From a bacterium (GTDB lineage Bacteria > Patescibacteriota > Minisyncoccia > Phycocordibacterales > Phycocordibacteraceae), in assembly GCA_037200965.1 (NCBI GenBank), contig JBBCGK010000001.1:224001-288000 (forward strand): a stretch of 64,000 bases of DNA, given 5' to 3'. The notes below the pieces were generated by a model. That model searched no databases. It had not been told where the DNA came from and saw only the letters and a list, made by a program, of their open reading frames with translations. The translations under genes were made by a program, and so were the position numbers. Shown here piece by piece: positions 10,020 to 18,639 of the stretch. The stretch's first letter is position 1. Each line of letters opens with the position of its first letter.

Positions 10020-10439
10020 ATGAATATAGCAGAATGGGGGCAAAGGGGCAAGGAAATGCTTGATCGGGGGCTCGGGCTCCTCGACCAGGTCCCGCGGGAT
10101 GTGCTCGTGGTAGCGATCGTCGTTCTTTCGGCTTCCGCGGCTTTCGGCCTTGGCTATCTCACGGGGAAAGACGCGGGGCGGGGAAGCGGTATATCCGTAA
10201 CCCAGATGCCGCTCACGGATTCGCTTCCGGCCGCAGCAGGGGCGACGAGCGAGGTATCGCCGCCTGCCCTACTGCCTGCGGGAGGGCAGTATGTGGCTTC
10301 GAAAACCGGCACCCGGTACTACCTGCCCTGGTGCGGGGGAGCGAGGACGATCAAAGACGAAAATAAGATATGGTTCGACTCGAAAGCGCAGGCCGAAGCA
10401 GCCGGCTATGCTCCTGCCGCAAACTGCAAGGGGATTTGA
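10020..10439 (+). CDS. membrane-anchored protein with C-terminal Cys-containing Ada-Zn-binding-like motif
   Basis: N-terminal TM helix; C-terminal YYLPWCGG...KIWFDSKAQAEAAGYAPAANCKG resembles the metal-binding YHxPxC...F.S...A..AG[FY]R.C motif. Confidence 0.4.
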   Translation: MNIAEWGQRGKEMLDRGLGLLDQVPRDVLVVAIVVLSASAAFGLGYLTGKDAGRGSGISVTQMPLTDSLPAAAGATSEVSPPALLPAGGQYVASKTGTRYYLPWCGGARTIKDENKIWFDSKAQAEAAGYAPAANCKGI

Positions 10440-10440
10440 T

Positions 10441-10845
10441 ATGAAAGCCTACGCCGGGTTTAAATTCAAGGAGGATTATAGCGATCGGGCATTCATAGAA
10501 AGCATCTGCCGCGCTATTGAAAGTGCGGGAATCAAGACGGTCGTGATGGTCAGGGACTACGAGGGATGGGGGCAGACACGTATCGCTCCCGGGGACATGA
10601 TGCCGATCGCGTTTCGCGCTATCGATGACTGCGACATTGTTATTATCGAGTTTTCGGAAAAAGGTACCGGTCTTGGCATCGAAGCAGGGTACGCCTATGC
10701 GAAAGGGAAGCCGGTGCTGGTCATCGCCCGGGAAGGCGCGGAGATATCGGAAACCCTGGAAGGCATCGCATCACGCGTCATGTTCTATCGGAAACCCGAA
10801 GACATACAACGATCCTTGGAAGACTCTGGTATCATGGACGCATGA
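10441..10845 (+). CDS. nucleoside 2-deoxyribosyltransferase-like protein
   Basis: 134 aa; Rossmann-like pattern DIVIIEFSEKGTGLGIEAGYAYAKGKPV typical of the N-deoxyribosyltransferase family; start at ATG 10441 with 4-nt overlap into the next gene. Confidence 0.5.
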   Translation: MKAYAGFKFKEDYSDRAFIESICRAIESAGIKTVVMVRDYEGWGQTRIAPGDMMPIAFRAIDDCDIVIIEFSEKGTGLGIEAGYAYAKGKPVLVIAREGAEISETLEGIASRVMFYRKPEDIQRSLEDSGIMDA

Positions 10846-11441
10846 TCGCCGTGGACGCCGAAATGAGCGGGCTTGATTTCGAGAAGCATTCGATACTCTC
10901 GATCGGCGCGCTCGATCTCGATGAGCCGGAGAACCGTTTTTACGGGGAATGCCGTGCGTGGGACGGCGCGCATATCGAGACGGATGCGCTCGTCGTAAAC
11001 GGCTTTACGGTTACCGAGGCCACGGATCCCAGAAAGCAGGGGGAGGGCGAACTTGTGCAGAGCTTCATAGCATGGTCGCTCTCGATCGCCGAACGGACGC
11101 TTGGCGGACAGAATTGCGCTTTCGACCGCATGTTCATCGAGGCCGCGTGCAGGCGCAGCGGCATCGAGTGTCCGTTCGCGCACCGCGTCATCGATGCCCA
11201 TAGCCTGACCTGGCTGCATATGCTGAAGCGGGGGCTTACGCCGCCCATCGACGAGAAGCATCGCCATTCGGCTATCAACCTTACGTTCGCTCTTTCGTAT
11301 TGCGGCGTTCCGGAAGAACCGAAACCACACAACGCGCTTACCGGAGCACTCTGCCATGCGGAAGTGATATCCCGTATCGCGTATACTAGGAAACTGCTGC
11401 CGGAATTCGCGCAGTACGACATACCATGGCTCACGAACTGA
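10842..11441 (+). CDS. DEDDh-family 3'-5' exonuclease (DnaQ-like)
   Basis: Exo I motif IAVDAEMSGL, Exo II region, Exo III H-x4-D (HNALTGALCHAEV). Confidence 0.7.
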   Translation: MIAVDAEMSGLDFEKHSILSIGALDLDEPENRFYGECRAWDGAHIETDALVVNGFTVTEATDPRKQGEGELVQSFIAWSLSIAERTLGGQNCAFDRMFIEAACRRSGIECPFAHRVIDAHSLTWLHMLKRGLTPPIDEKHRHSAINLTFALSYCGVPEEPKPHNALTGALCHAEVISRIAYTRKLLPEFAQYDIPWLTN

Positions 11442-12175
11442 ACCCTCCCGCCTCCGGCGGCCAAGCGCACCCCCTGCTTACGCGCCTCATGACCGAGGGG
11501 CATGCGACGATGCCGCACAAGGACGACCGGCCTCCGCTCGTCTGCAAGCCCGCGCGCATCGAGCCGTGGCGTATCTTCCGGATTATGTCCGAGTTCGTCG
11601 AAGGATTCGAGATATTGAAGCGCTACGGGCTCGCCGCGAGCATCTTCGGGACCGCGCGCGCGAGCTTCGAGCATCCGGTCTATCAGGAAGCGGAAGAACT
11701 TGCGGCGAAGCTCGCGAAGCGCGGTTTCGCCATTATCACGGGCGGGAGCAAGGGCGTGATGGAGGCAGGTAATAAGGGTGCATTCCAGGCGGGAGGCGCT
11801 TCCGTAGGGCTCAACATCCACTTGCCGGAAGGCCAAGGCGACAACGCCTATCTTACCGAAAAGTTCGAATTCGAACATTTCTTCGTGCGCAAGGTGATGC
11901 TCACGTTCGCGTCCGAGGTCTATATTTATTTCCCCGGAGGTTTCGGCACCTGGAACGAATTTTTCGAGATCGTGACGCTTATACAGACCAAGAAGATCAG
12001 GCGCATCCCCGTCGTGCTGGTCGGCAAAGCATATTGGACTCCGCTTACGGAGCTTATCCGCGCGCACCTTTACAAGGAGCACAAGGCGATAGACGAGAAG
12101 GACATGGATATTTACAAAGTGGTGGACTCGGTCGACGAGGCGTACGACTATATCGTGAACCACGTCACCTGCTAG
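11426..12175 (+). CDS. LOG-family protein (nucleotide 5'-monophosphate N-glycosidase / lysine-decarboxylase-like fold)
   Basis: ITGGSKGVMEAGNKGA...PGGFGTWNEFFEIVTLIQT, the TIGR00730/LOG signature; true start may be internal Met (about 11510 or 11585). Confidence 0.75.
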   Translation: MAHELNPPASGGQAHPLLTRLMTEGHATMPHKDDRPPLVCKPARIEPWRIFRIMSEFVEGFEILKRYGLAASIFGTARASFEHPVYQEAEELAAKLAKRGFAIITGGSKGVMEAGNKGAFQAGGASVGLNIHLPEGQGDNAYLTEKFEFEHFFVRKVMLTFASEVYIYFPGGFGTWNEFFEIVTLIQTKKIRRIPVVLVGKAYWTPLTELIRAHLYKEHKAIDEKDMDIYKVVDSVDEAYDYIVNHVTC

Positions 12176-12176
12176 T

Positions 12177-12329
12177 ATGTCTCTCGACTACAGCCAGAAG
12201 CGCCTGGTCTCCGCCCCGTTTCGCCGGAAAGGGAAGGGGAGCCAGCGCCTTCGCCTCTACGCCTTCCTTACGGGCCTTCTGAGCACTCTGGTTTCGCTTG
12301 CGACCGTCATAGTTACGCTTGAAAAATAG
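12177..12329 (+). CDS. small single-TM peptide (50 aa), paralog 1
   Basis: MSLDYSQKRLVSAPFRRKGKGSQRLRLYAFLTGLLSTLVSLATVIVTLEK; not in ORF track (<60 aa); conserved motif YAF.TG..STL.SL shared with the next ORF. Confidence 0.35.
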   Translation: MSLDYSQKRLVSAPFRRKGKGSQRLRLYAFLTGLLSTLVSLATVIVTLEK

Positions 12330-12382
12330 CGAACTGTGGACAAACAGACCTTGGGGCTCTGCGCACGCTATTCTTATAAGAT

Positions 12383-12517
12383 ATGAGCACCAAACACGGA
12401 CACCGCAAGCATTTTTCGTTCATGCGGAATCTCGAGGTCTATGCGTTCTGGACGGGCTTCGCGAGTACGCTCATAAGCCTCGTGCAGGTCGTTATTATCG
12501 CGAGCAACAAGGGATAG
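12383..12517 (+). CDS. small single-TM peptide (44 aa), paralog 2
   Basis: MSTKHGHRKHFSFMRNLEVYAFWTGFASTLISLVQVVIIASNKG; tandem paralog of 12177..12329. Confidence 0.35.
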   Translation: MSTKHGHRKHFSFMRNLEVYAFWTGFASTLISLVQVVIIASNKG

Positions 12518-12524
12518 GCCCGTA

Positions 12525-12716
12525 TTGACAAATATCAATAGGTGCTCTAAGGTTCTATCCAGCCCTGTCCCTTGCTTCTTTAATCTCAGGGCCAAAAGAG
12601 GAGTATGTGCCGGCACAGCAATTGAATACGGCCTCATCGCAGCGGGGATCGCAGTTGCGATCATCGCCGCGGTTCACCTCATCGGACAAGGGTGCCATGC
12701 TTGGGGCTGGTGCTAA
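12525..12716 (+). CDS. Flp/Fap-type pilin (start codon uncertain)
   Basis: G|TAIEYGLIAAGIAVAIIAAV is the Flp prepilin processing/hydrophobic core signature; only in-frame start is TTG at 12525 giving an atypical 30-aa Cys-containing leader. Confidence 0.5.
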   Translation: MTNINRCSKVLSSPVPCFFNLRAKRGVCAGTAIEYGLIAAGIAVAIIAAVHLIGQGCHAWGWC

Positions 12717-12799
12717 CGTTCCGGGTTGAAGAACTCGCAAGGCCATCCCGCCCCCGTCGCTTCACAGCCTCGGGGGCACGCCTTTTGATACGTAGTACA

Positions 12800-13048
12800 A
12801 TGGGGAACATGGACTTCAACAAAATGCTCAAGTTGTTTTGCGAGAGCGTGAGCATCGGGTTTGCTAAGCATGGTTTCTATTTCGGCTTCGCCTCAGGCGC
12901 GAACCAGTCGGCATTTGCCGTACCTCCCGAGGTCGCCAAAGGACTGGTCGAAGGACTTGCGCAGAAGGTCGCTGAATACGAAAAAGCCTTCGGCCCCATC
13001 GACACCTCACACAACCAGGTCGGCATCCAGAGCCCGCTCGGGAGATAA
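12800..13048 (+). CDS. DUF3467-like small protein
   Basis: 82 aa from internal Met; PPEVAKGLVEGLAQKVAEYEKAFGPI resembles the DUF3467 C-terminal pattern. Confidence 0.4.
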   Translation: MGNMDFNKMLKLFCESVSIGFAKHGFYFGFASGANQSAFAVPPEVAKGLVEGLAQKVAEYEKAFGPIDTSHNQVGIQSPLGR

Positions 13049-13051
13049 TTT

Positions 13052-13483
13052 TTATCTGAAGTTCGCCCACGGACAGTCCTTTGTTTCCGTACCTGGCACT
13101 AGTTCCTGCGCGCCAATTACGAGCGCGTGGTCCTTCCAGAATTCGATTGTTTCCGTTGAGTCGCGACCGTCGCCGAAAGGGAACGGGGGAGTTAGACGTC
13201 CGATATAGGTCGTGAAGATATCGTATTCGTTATCTCCCGTCTTATCCATGCGAAGTACAATAGTAGTCGCGGGGCTGGGTTCATGGCCGCGCACAAAACG
13301 GCTATACCGGTCGCGATTGGGACGCTTCGCATAAAAGATATCGTCTGCTTCCGTCGTTTCTACGCAGTCCTGAATACCGATTGCTCTTCCGAATTCTATT
13401 TCAAGGCGCGGCGACGGTCCATGCGCGACAACCTGCGGCAGCGCCTCTTTCACAAGCTCCAGGAGATCCGGAACATCCTTCAA
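13052..13483 (-). CDS. hypothetical protein
   Basis: 143-aa ORF, no recognisable family. Confidence 0.35.
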   Translation of the reverse strand: MKDVPDLLELVKEALPQVVAHGPSPRLEIEFGRAIGIQDCVETTEADDIFYAKRPNRDRYSRFVRGHEPSPATTIVLRMDKTGDNEYDIFTTYIGRLTPPFPFGDGRDSTETIEFWKDHALVIGAQELVPGTETKDCPWANFR

Positions 13484-13692
13484 TCGACCGCCTTCTGCCG
13501 TTTGGCGGCGTTCGCATAGAGGATGATGTTCTGGTGACCAAGGACGGGCACAGAAATCTTACAAGGCTATATATCTAGGGAGGCCGGAATATATATGTTT
13601 ATCGTAAAGTAAACATTGTGCGCACTATAAGGAAAACAAAGGCTTTTTAAGGAGATCTTGCCCGACTAGACATTCCCGGCTTCTCTTCCCCG

Positions 13693-13830
13693 CTAGTCGC
13701 CCCACAAAATTGCGCCTTCGGAATTTATGGTTGTGACGGATACTTTTCCGACGGCATCGGTTAGCCGCACTTCCCCGGGCAGGGGAACTTTCCCGGTCAG
13801 GGGAGCGAAGACGATCTCAGAAAAATATGA
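13693..13830 (-). pseudogene. orphan 3' fragment of a type IV pilin gene (duplicate of 15921..16058)
   Basis: about 125 nt at about 85 percent identity to the 3' end of the pilin gene at 15921..16379; encodes ...PLTGKVPLPGEVRLTDAVGKVSVTTINSEGAILWGD; upstream part of the ORF is unrelated low-GC sequence. Confidence 0.6.
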
Positions 13831-13864
13831 AGAAGAGAGAAGTCCCCTGCCCTCCGCGAAACAT

Positions 13865-14401
13865 ATGAGCCTGACATTGCTAGTTGGTGTTATATTGGCC
13901 TGGATTATGGGAGTCTTTTCGCCTGAGGAGTATTTCGGCGCTATCAGGAACAATATACGCGGGAAACGCTACTTATACGCAACAATCAGGATATTTGCCG
14001 GTCTTGGCTCGCTGCTTATCTTTATTGGCGCGATTGTCGGAGCCTTCCATGCTTTTAACATATTTAACATACAAGTACACCAGAATAGAGTCGAGCTAGA
14101 CTCTTACTATCGCAAAACTACTGAATTAACGAGTACGGATGGCACCTATACGACGACATTTCGAATCTTTGTTCACACTCCTCCATACTGGACTCCTCCA
14201 AATCCGAAAAATCTGGAAGCAGGTTTTAACTTTTACTGGCTAGGTAACCCTCAGGCTGAATGCAGTGACCCAGCCTCAAAAGGATTCTCAGAAAAATATG
14301 CAGGCTCTTATTCATCCAGTACCAGGGAATACGAGATGACGTGCAGGACCTATAGCCCGGTTCTCGACAACGGGCGGCTGATCATGATCAGGGAAAACTA
14401 G
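13865..14401 (+). CDS. hypothetical membrane protein (low-GC cassette)
   Basis: 178 aa from internal Met; two N-terminal TM helices; region is markedly AT-richer than flanks. Confidence 0.35.
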   Translation: MSLTLLVGVILAWIMGVFSPEEYFGAIRNNIRGKRYLYATIRIFAGLGSLLIFIGAIVGAFHAFNIFNIQVHQNRVELDSYYRKTTELTSTDGTYTTTFRIFVHTPPYWTPPNPKNLEAGFNFYWLGNPQAECSDPASKGFSEKYAGSYSSSTREYEMTCRTYSPVLDNGRLIMIREN

Positions 14402-14417
14402 CGATAGGCCTCCCGAT

Positions 14418-14792
14418 TTAATACCCTGATACTGATCGCTGGGCCGTTTCGTAGTCGAAATCGCATAGTCGGATATCCCCTTCATACGCAGACAAGAGCG
14501 TGGCTGGCGTGCTGTCCGGGCTCTGTGCGCGCTTGAAGGTCGCAAAGGACAGCGCTATGTCCTGGGTCATCGAATTGCAGGAGGTACCGCTGTCATCCTC
14601 CACAAGGCACCAGTACTGCATGGCAGATGTGAATTTTGCCGCGGCTTTGACCGTACAGGCACGGTAGTCATTGTCTATATGGGCCCGCTTCTGGGAGTTG
14701 GCGGTATTCACATACCAACTGATCACCAAGATGACACAGATCAGTATCGCACCGTTGAGAACAAATATCTTATGAGTATTGAACCAGTTCAT
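14418..14792 (-). CDS. hypothetical membrane-anchored Cys-containing protein (low-GC cassette)
   Basis: start at Met21 (MNWFNTHKIFV...), one TM helix, several Cys. Confidence 0.35.
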   Translation of the reverse strand: MNWFNTHKIFVLNGAILICVILVISWYVNTANSQKRAHIDNDYRACTVKAAAKFTSAMQYWCLVEDDSGTSCNSMTQDIALSFATFKRAQSPDSTPATLLSAYEGDIRLCDFDYETAQRSVSGY

Positions 14793-14973
14793 AACGCAAG
14801 GTTGTTTTAGTACCAATAAACGCCCCAGAGCACCGCCCCGAATGCCAGACAACCTTGCGGGAAGCCAACACCGGGACGGTGCTTTGGGTGCAAGGTTGTC
14901 CTGTATGGGGGGTGTTCGTTATGAGCCTACTTCCCTCCCCTGGAGGGGTCAAGGGAGGGAACTGCACGGAACG

Positions 14974-15003
14974 AAAAAGACCGCCCGTACGGGCGGTCTT
15001 TTG
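14974..15003. terminator. bidirectional intrinsic terminator
   Basis: AAAAAGACCGCCCG-TAC-GGGCGGTCTTTT, flanked by A and T tracts; downstream of the minus-strand pilus/zeta operon. Confidence 0.55.
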
Positions 15004-15010
15004 CTGCGAC

Positions 15011-15190
15011 TTATTTCCGCTTTCCCTGCTCCATCACTTTACGCTGTTCCGCATTTGCCTCCCGCAATACCTGGCGCACCACTTTAACCTTGTCGGCAGA
15101 GGATCGTGAAAAGAACGCGGAGAAGTCGTTGTCCGCATGTCCCTTTTTCGCGCCGGACGAGCCAAAAAAGCCTCTTATGAAGTTGGTCAT
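15011..15190 (-). CDS. small basic protein (59 aa) translationally coupled to zeta-toxin-like gene
   Basis: ATG overlaps the zeta-like stop in an ATGA arrangement; MTNFIRGFFGSSGAKKGHADNDFSAFFSRSSADKVKVVRQVLREANAEQRKVMEQGKRK; no internal stops; below ORF-track size cutoff. Confidence 0.3.
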   Translation of the reverse strand: MTNFIRGFFGSSGAKKGHADNDFSAFFSRSSADKVKVVRQVLREANAEQRKVMEQGKRK

Positions 15191-15933
15191 ATAAGTACTG
15201 TATCTAGTTCTTCCACAGAGTAGCGTCCCCTGGTAAGGCGGTCAAGTTCCACGGAACTAACGTTCAAGTGAACATCCTCAGTGCCGTCTTCATAGTCTTT
15301 TATGAGCACGTTGAGCTCGACCGCCTTGCCAAACTGCTCTTTGACGGCCACGACATTTTCACGCGCACCCTTGAAAGAACGTATGAAGACATCCCTGGAC
15401 ACATGCCGTGACTCTGTCACCTCGCGAACTTTAGTAAACTCCCAGGCCTTCACCGGATCCTGAAATACGAACCATATTTCAACTAAGCGGCTCCGGGACA
15501 GCGAACGGCTGATATTCTCCGGGGCATTTCCGTAAGCGAACGTACCATCAAGTATGCAGTTGAGGTTCTTTTCGAGGGCATAGTCGTATAAGATGTTCAC
15601 CCCTTTATTCGCGGCGCTTTGGAAGAGGTGGGCATTTGCACCTGTATATCCGTCACAGAGCATGCGTATGTCGTCCGCATCTATGCGTATCGGCATATCC
15701 TTAAACCGTCTCATAAATCCTTTTGACACCTCAGTTTTGCCCGCCCCCGGCGAACCGGCCATAAACAGCGAAACCGGCTTATTCACGGGGCGACACGCGT
15801 CGGGGTGCGCGAACTTCTCTATGATTTCTTTTCTGTGGCTCTTAACAAAAGCAATCGCATCCCGTTCAATACGAGTTTCTTCTTCGGTCATCCCGGATAT
15901 CCTAACACTCTGTAGGCCTGTCACTTTCCCCAT
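15187..15933 (-). CDS. zeta-toxin-family P-loop kinase-like protein
   Basis: Walker A MAGSPGAGKTEV followed by IDADDIRMLCDGY (zeta/PezT D.D..R....Y pattern); 248 aa; overlaps pilin stop by 13 nt. Confidence 0.6.
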   Translation of the reverse strand: MGKVTGLQSVRISGMTEEETRIERDAIAFVKSHRKEIIEKFAHPDACRPVNKPVSLFMAGSPGAGKTEVSKGFMRRFKDMPIRIDADDIRMLCDGYTGANAHLFQSAANKGVNILYDYALEKNLNCILDGTFAYGNAPENISRSLSRSRLVEIWFVFQDPVKAWEFTKVREVTESRHVSRDVFIRSFKGARENVVAVKEQFGKAVELNVLIKDYEDGTEDVHLNVSSVELDRLTRGRYSVEELDTVLI

Positions 15934-16379
15934 AAAACCGCACCTTCTGAATTGATGGCTGTAATGGATATCTTCCCGGCGGCATCGGTTAACCGCACTT
16001 CCCCGGGCAGGGAAACTTTCCCGGTCAGGGGAGAGAAGACGACTTCGGCAAGTCCGGAGCGCAGGGCATCCGACTTCCCTTCCAGGATAATGTCTTCGCC
16101 CTCATGCCGTGAGAAGTAGCTGCCGCCCTCGAAAATGACGAAGCCGGAATCTCCGACGTAGACGCCATGCGCGCTGGGGCCGGTACAAACTTTCGCGGCA
16201 CACACGCCGTTAAGCGCTTGCGAGCGGGCATGCAGAAGCGCGATCCGAATCGTATCCTCGTCGTTTCTCTGAAGTGTCCTTTGATAGCTCTCGAGTCCGA
16301 CGATAAGCCCGATCGCGGAGATCGTGGCAACAAGCGCTATAACGATTAACAGTTCGACGAGCGTGAAGCCGCGAGGCAT
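15921..16379 (-). CDS. type IV pilin / pseudopilin with prepilin N-terminal cleavage-methylation motif
   Basis: MPRGFTLVELLIVIALVATI class III signal (G|FTLVELL), 152 aa. Confidence 0.75.
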   Translation of the reverse strand: MPRGFTLVELLIVIALVATISAIGLIVGLESYQRTLQRNDEDTIRIALLHARSQALNGVCAAKVCTGPSAHGVYVGDSGFVIFEGGSYFSRHEGEDIILEGKSDALRSGLAEVVFSPLTGKVSLPGEVRLTDAAGKISITAINSEGAVLWGK

Positions 16380-16381
16380 GG

Positions 16382-17446
16382 TTAGGGCGCAAGGTTCTGT
16401 GTGATGCCGTAGATCGGCGTGATTATCGCGAGCGCGACGAATCCCACGATAAGGCCCATCACGATCATGAGTACGGGCTCGATAAGGACCGCGATGCTCT
16501 TTGAGAGTTCGTCGAGCTCTTCCTCGTAGAAGTCCGCGCAGTACAAGAGGCTTTCCGAAAGCGAGCCGGTCGATTCTCCGACCGAAAGCATCTGCGCGAG
16601 CATCGGCGGGAACAGGAGCGGCTCAAGCGCGAACGCCGCCGAAACCTTTTGTCCGGTCGACACGAACTCCGCCATCTCCCCGCATGCTTTCCGGTATGCG
16701 CCGCTCCTTGTCCCGAGCGCCGCAAGTTCGACTGCGCGCACGACGCCTACCCCGCTCCCCAAGAGCGTCCCGAGCGTACGGGCCAGGCTCGCGACCGCGT
16801 ATTCCCGAAAGAGCGTTCCCAGAAGCGGAATCCGCAGGAGCGCGCGTCCGGCCGCAAGCCTTATGGACGGCACGCGAAGCAAGAGAACCGCCGCAGCCAC
16901 AACCGCCATGAGGGCGAGCAGGATATATAGCCCATAGCGCGCGAATGACTCGCTGAGAGAAATAAGAAGCCTGGTCGAGAGCGGAAGCGCTGCATGAAAG
17001 CCCTTGAATACCGGAATGATCTTCGGAAACACGTAGAGCGCAAGCAGGGTCGTGATGCCGAGCGTCGCCGCCACGATGATCGCAGGATACAGAAGCGCTC
17101 CTATGACTTTCCTTCGGAGTGCGCGCTCCTTCTTGATCGACTGCGAAAACCGCTCAAGATGCTCCGGAAGCGACCCGCTCGTCTCCCCCACTTCGACCAG
17201 ATGTACGCCGAGATCGCCGAATACGGAGCGGAACGCGGCGAGACCCGCGGAAAGAGGGCGTCCGGCCGCGACCGTCTCCCGGAGCGTATGCAGGATATGG
17301 GATGAGGAATGCGTCCGCGCCTCTTCGCCAAGAAGCGAGAGCGCGGCGACTATCGGCACGCCCGATCGGAGCATGAGCGCGAGGCGTTTCGCGAAGAGCA
17401 TCTGCTCTTCCTTGCCGAAGAGGAGGAGATACGGCCGCTTATGCAT
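16382..17446 (-). CDS. type II secretion / type IV pilus platform protein (GspF/PilC family)
   Basis: two T2SSF-like repeats, three TM segments, 354 aa. Confidence 0.8.
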   Translation of the reverse strand: MHKRPYLLLFGKEEQMLFAKRLALMLRSGVPIVAALSLLGEEARTHSSSHILHTLRETVAAGRPLSAGLAAFRSVFGDLGVHLVEVGETSGSLPEHLERFSQSIKKERALRRKVIGALLYPAIIVAATLGITTLLALYVFPKIIPVFKGFHAALPLSTRLLISLSESFARYGLYILLALMAVVAAAVLLLRVPSIRLAAGRALLRIPLLGTLFREYAVASLARTLGTLLGSGVGVVRAVELAALGTRSGAYRKACGEMAEFVSTGQKVSAAFALEPLLFPPMLAQMLSVGESTGSLSESLLYCADFYEEELDELSKSIAVLIEPVLMIVMGLIVGFVALAIITPIYGITQNLAP

Positions 17447-18602
17447 GGCGCATGCGGACTACCTCCTCGATCGTTGTCACGCCCTTCCATGCCTTGCCGA
17501 ACCCGTCACGGTGCATGGGAAGCATTCCGGCGGCCGCGGAAAGCTCGCGAAGCTCGTCAAGGGATGCCTTGCGGAGCACCGCCTCGCGAAGCTCCGGCGT
17601 CATTGCAAGCACTTCGAATATCCCCGTGCGGCCGCGATACCCCGTGCCTGCGCAGCTCTCACAGCCTCTTCCCCGGAAACTCGCAGCCTCGTCCGGCAAT
17701 CCTTCCGGAGAAAAGACATGCGCGAGGCTTTCCCGCTCCGCGCTTGTGAGCTCGCGACGCTCCCGGCAGTCGGCGCATATCGTGCGCACCAGCCGCTGCG
17801 CAATTACGAGACTTACGGTCGAAGCCAGAAGATATGGCTCTACCTTCATATCGAGAAGACGCGGGATCGCCGTCGGCGCATCGTTCGTATGAAGGGTCGA
17901 AAGAAGCAGATGGCCCGTGAGTGCGACATTGGTCGCCATTCCCGCAGTCTCGATATCCCGTATCTCCCCCACCATGATGACGTCGGGATCCTGGCGAAGC
18001 ATGCTCCTGAGCCCGTTTCCGAATGTAAGGCCGGTGCGCGCGTTCGCCTGTATCTGGTTGATGCCCGGGATCGAATATTCGACCGGATCCTCGATCGTAA
18101 GGATGTTCACTTCCCTTCTATTAAGAAGAGCAATGAGCGCATAGAGAGTCGAGGTCTTTCCGCTTCCGGTCGGTCCCGTGACGAGAATCATGCCGTGAGG
18201 CCGGGCAAGCGCCGTCTTGATGAGATCCGCGTGCGCGGTGGAAAACCCGAGACTTTCAAGCGGGCCCGGTTCCCTCGGAGCAAGGAGGCGCAGGACCGCG
18301 TTCTCTCCGTAATAGGTTGGCGCGATCGATACGCGGACATCGATCTGCCCTGACCTGCCGCCAAAGACAAAACGTCCGTCCTGCGCCGCCTGGTGCTCGT
18401 CGGTACGGAGTCCCGCAAGTATCTTTACGCGCGCGATAAGCTCGCCATGGAGCGTGCTCGGGACTTCGTGAGCGTCAGCCAGTTCCCCATCCACGCGGAA
18501 ACGGACGACTAGCTTTTCCTTCTGCGGATCGAGATGTATATCTGAAGATCCGCGCGCGTGCGCGGAAGCGAGCAGCTCCTCGACCAAGGCGATCGCCGAC
18601 AT
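17439..18602 (-). CDS. type II/IV secretion ATPase (GspE/PilB family, short form)
   Basis: Walker A GPTGSGKTST, Asp box LRQDPDVIMVGEIRD, His box LVLSTLHTNDA, tetracysteine CADC...CESC. Confidence 0.85.
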   Translation of the reverse strand: MSAIALVEELLASAHARGSSDIHLDPQKEKLVVRFRVDGELADAHEVPSTLHGELIARVKILAGLRTDEHQAAQDGRFVFGGRSGQIDVRVSIAPTYYGENAVLRLLAPREPGPLESLGFSTAHADLIKTALARPHGMILVTGPTGSGKTSTLYALIALLNRREVNILTIEDPVEYSIPGINQIQANARTGLTFGNGLRSMLRQDPDVIMVGEIRDIETAGMATNVALTGHLLLSTLHTNDAPTAIPRLLDMKVEPYLLASTVSLVIAQRLVRTICADCRERRELTSAERESLAHVFSPEGLPDEAASFRGRGCESCAGTGYRGRTGIFEVLAMTPELREAVLRKASLDELRELSAAAGMLPMHRDGFGKAWKGVTTIEEVVRMRHA

Positions 18603-18639
18603 GGCGATTGAAGCCTAACAATTCGGTTATAAGAAAAAT

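Noticed and set aside
10291-10440. N-terminal extension of the 184-aa ORF into the preceding gene
   Set aside because: It overlaps the 10020..10439 gene in another frame. The Rossmann-like domain begins at Met 10441.
12524-12558. TTGACA-17-TAAGGT motif as promoter for the Flp-like gene
   Set aside because: The TTG of the -35-like hexamer is also the only in-frame start codon of the ORF, so both interpretations cannot hold. It is noted in a finding but not asserted as a feature.
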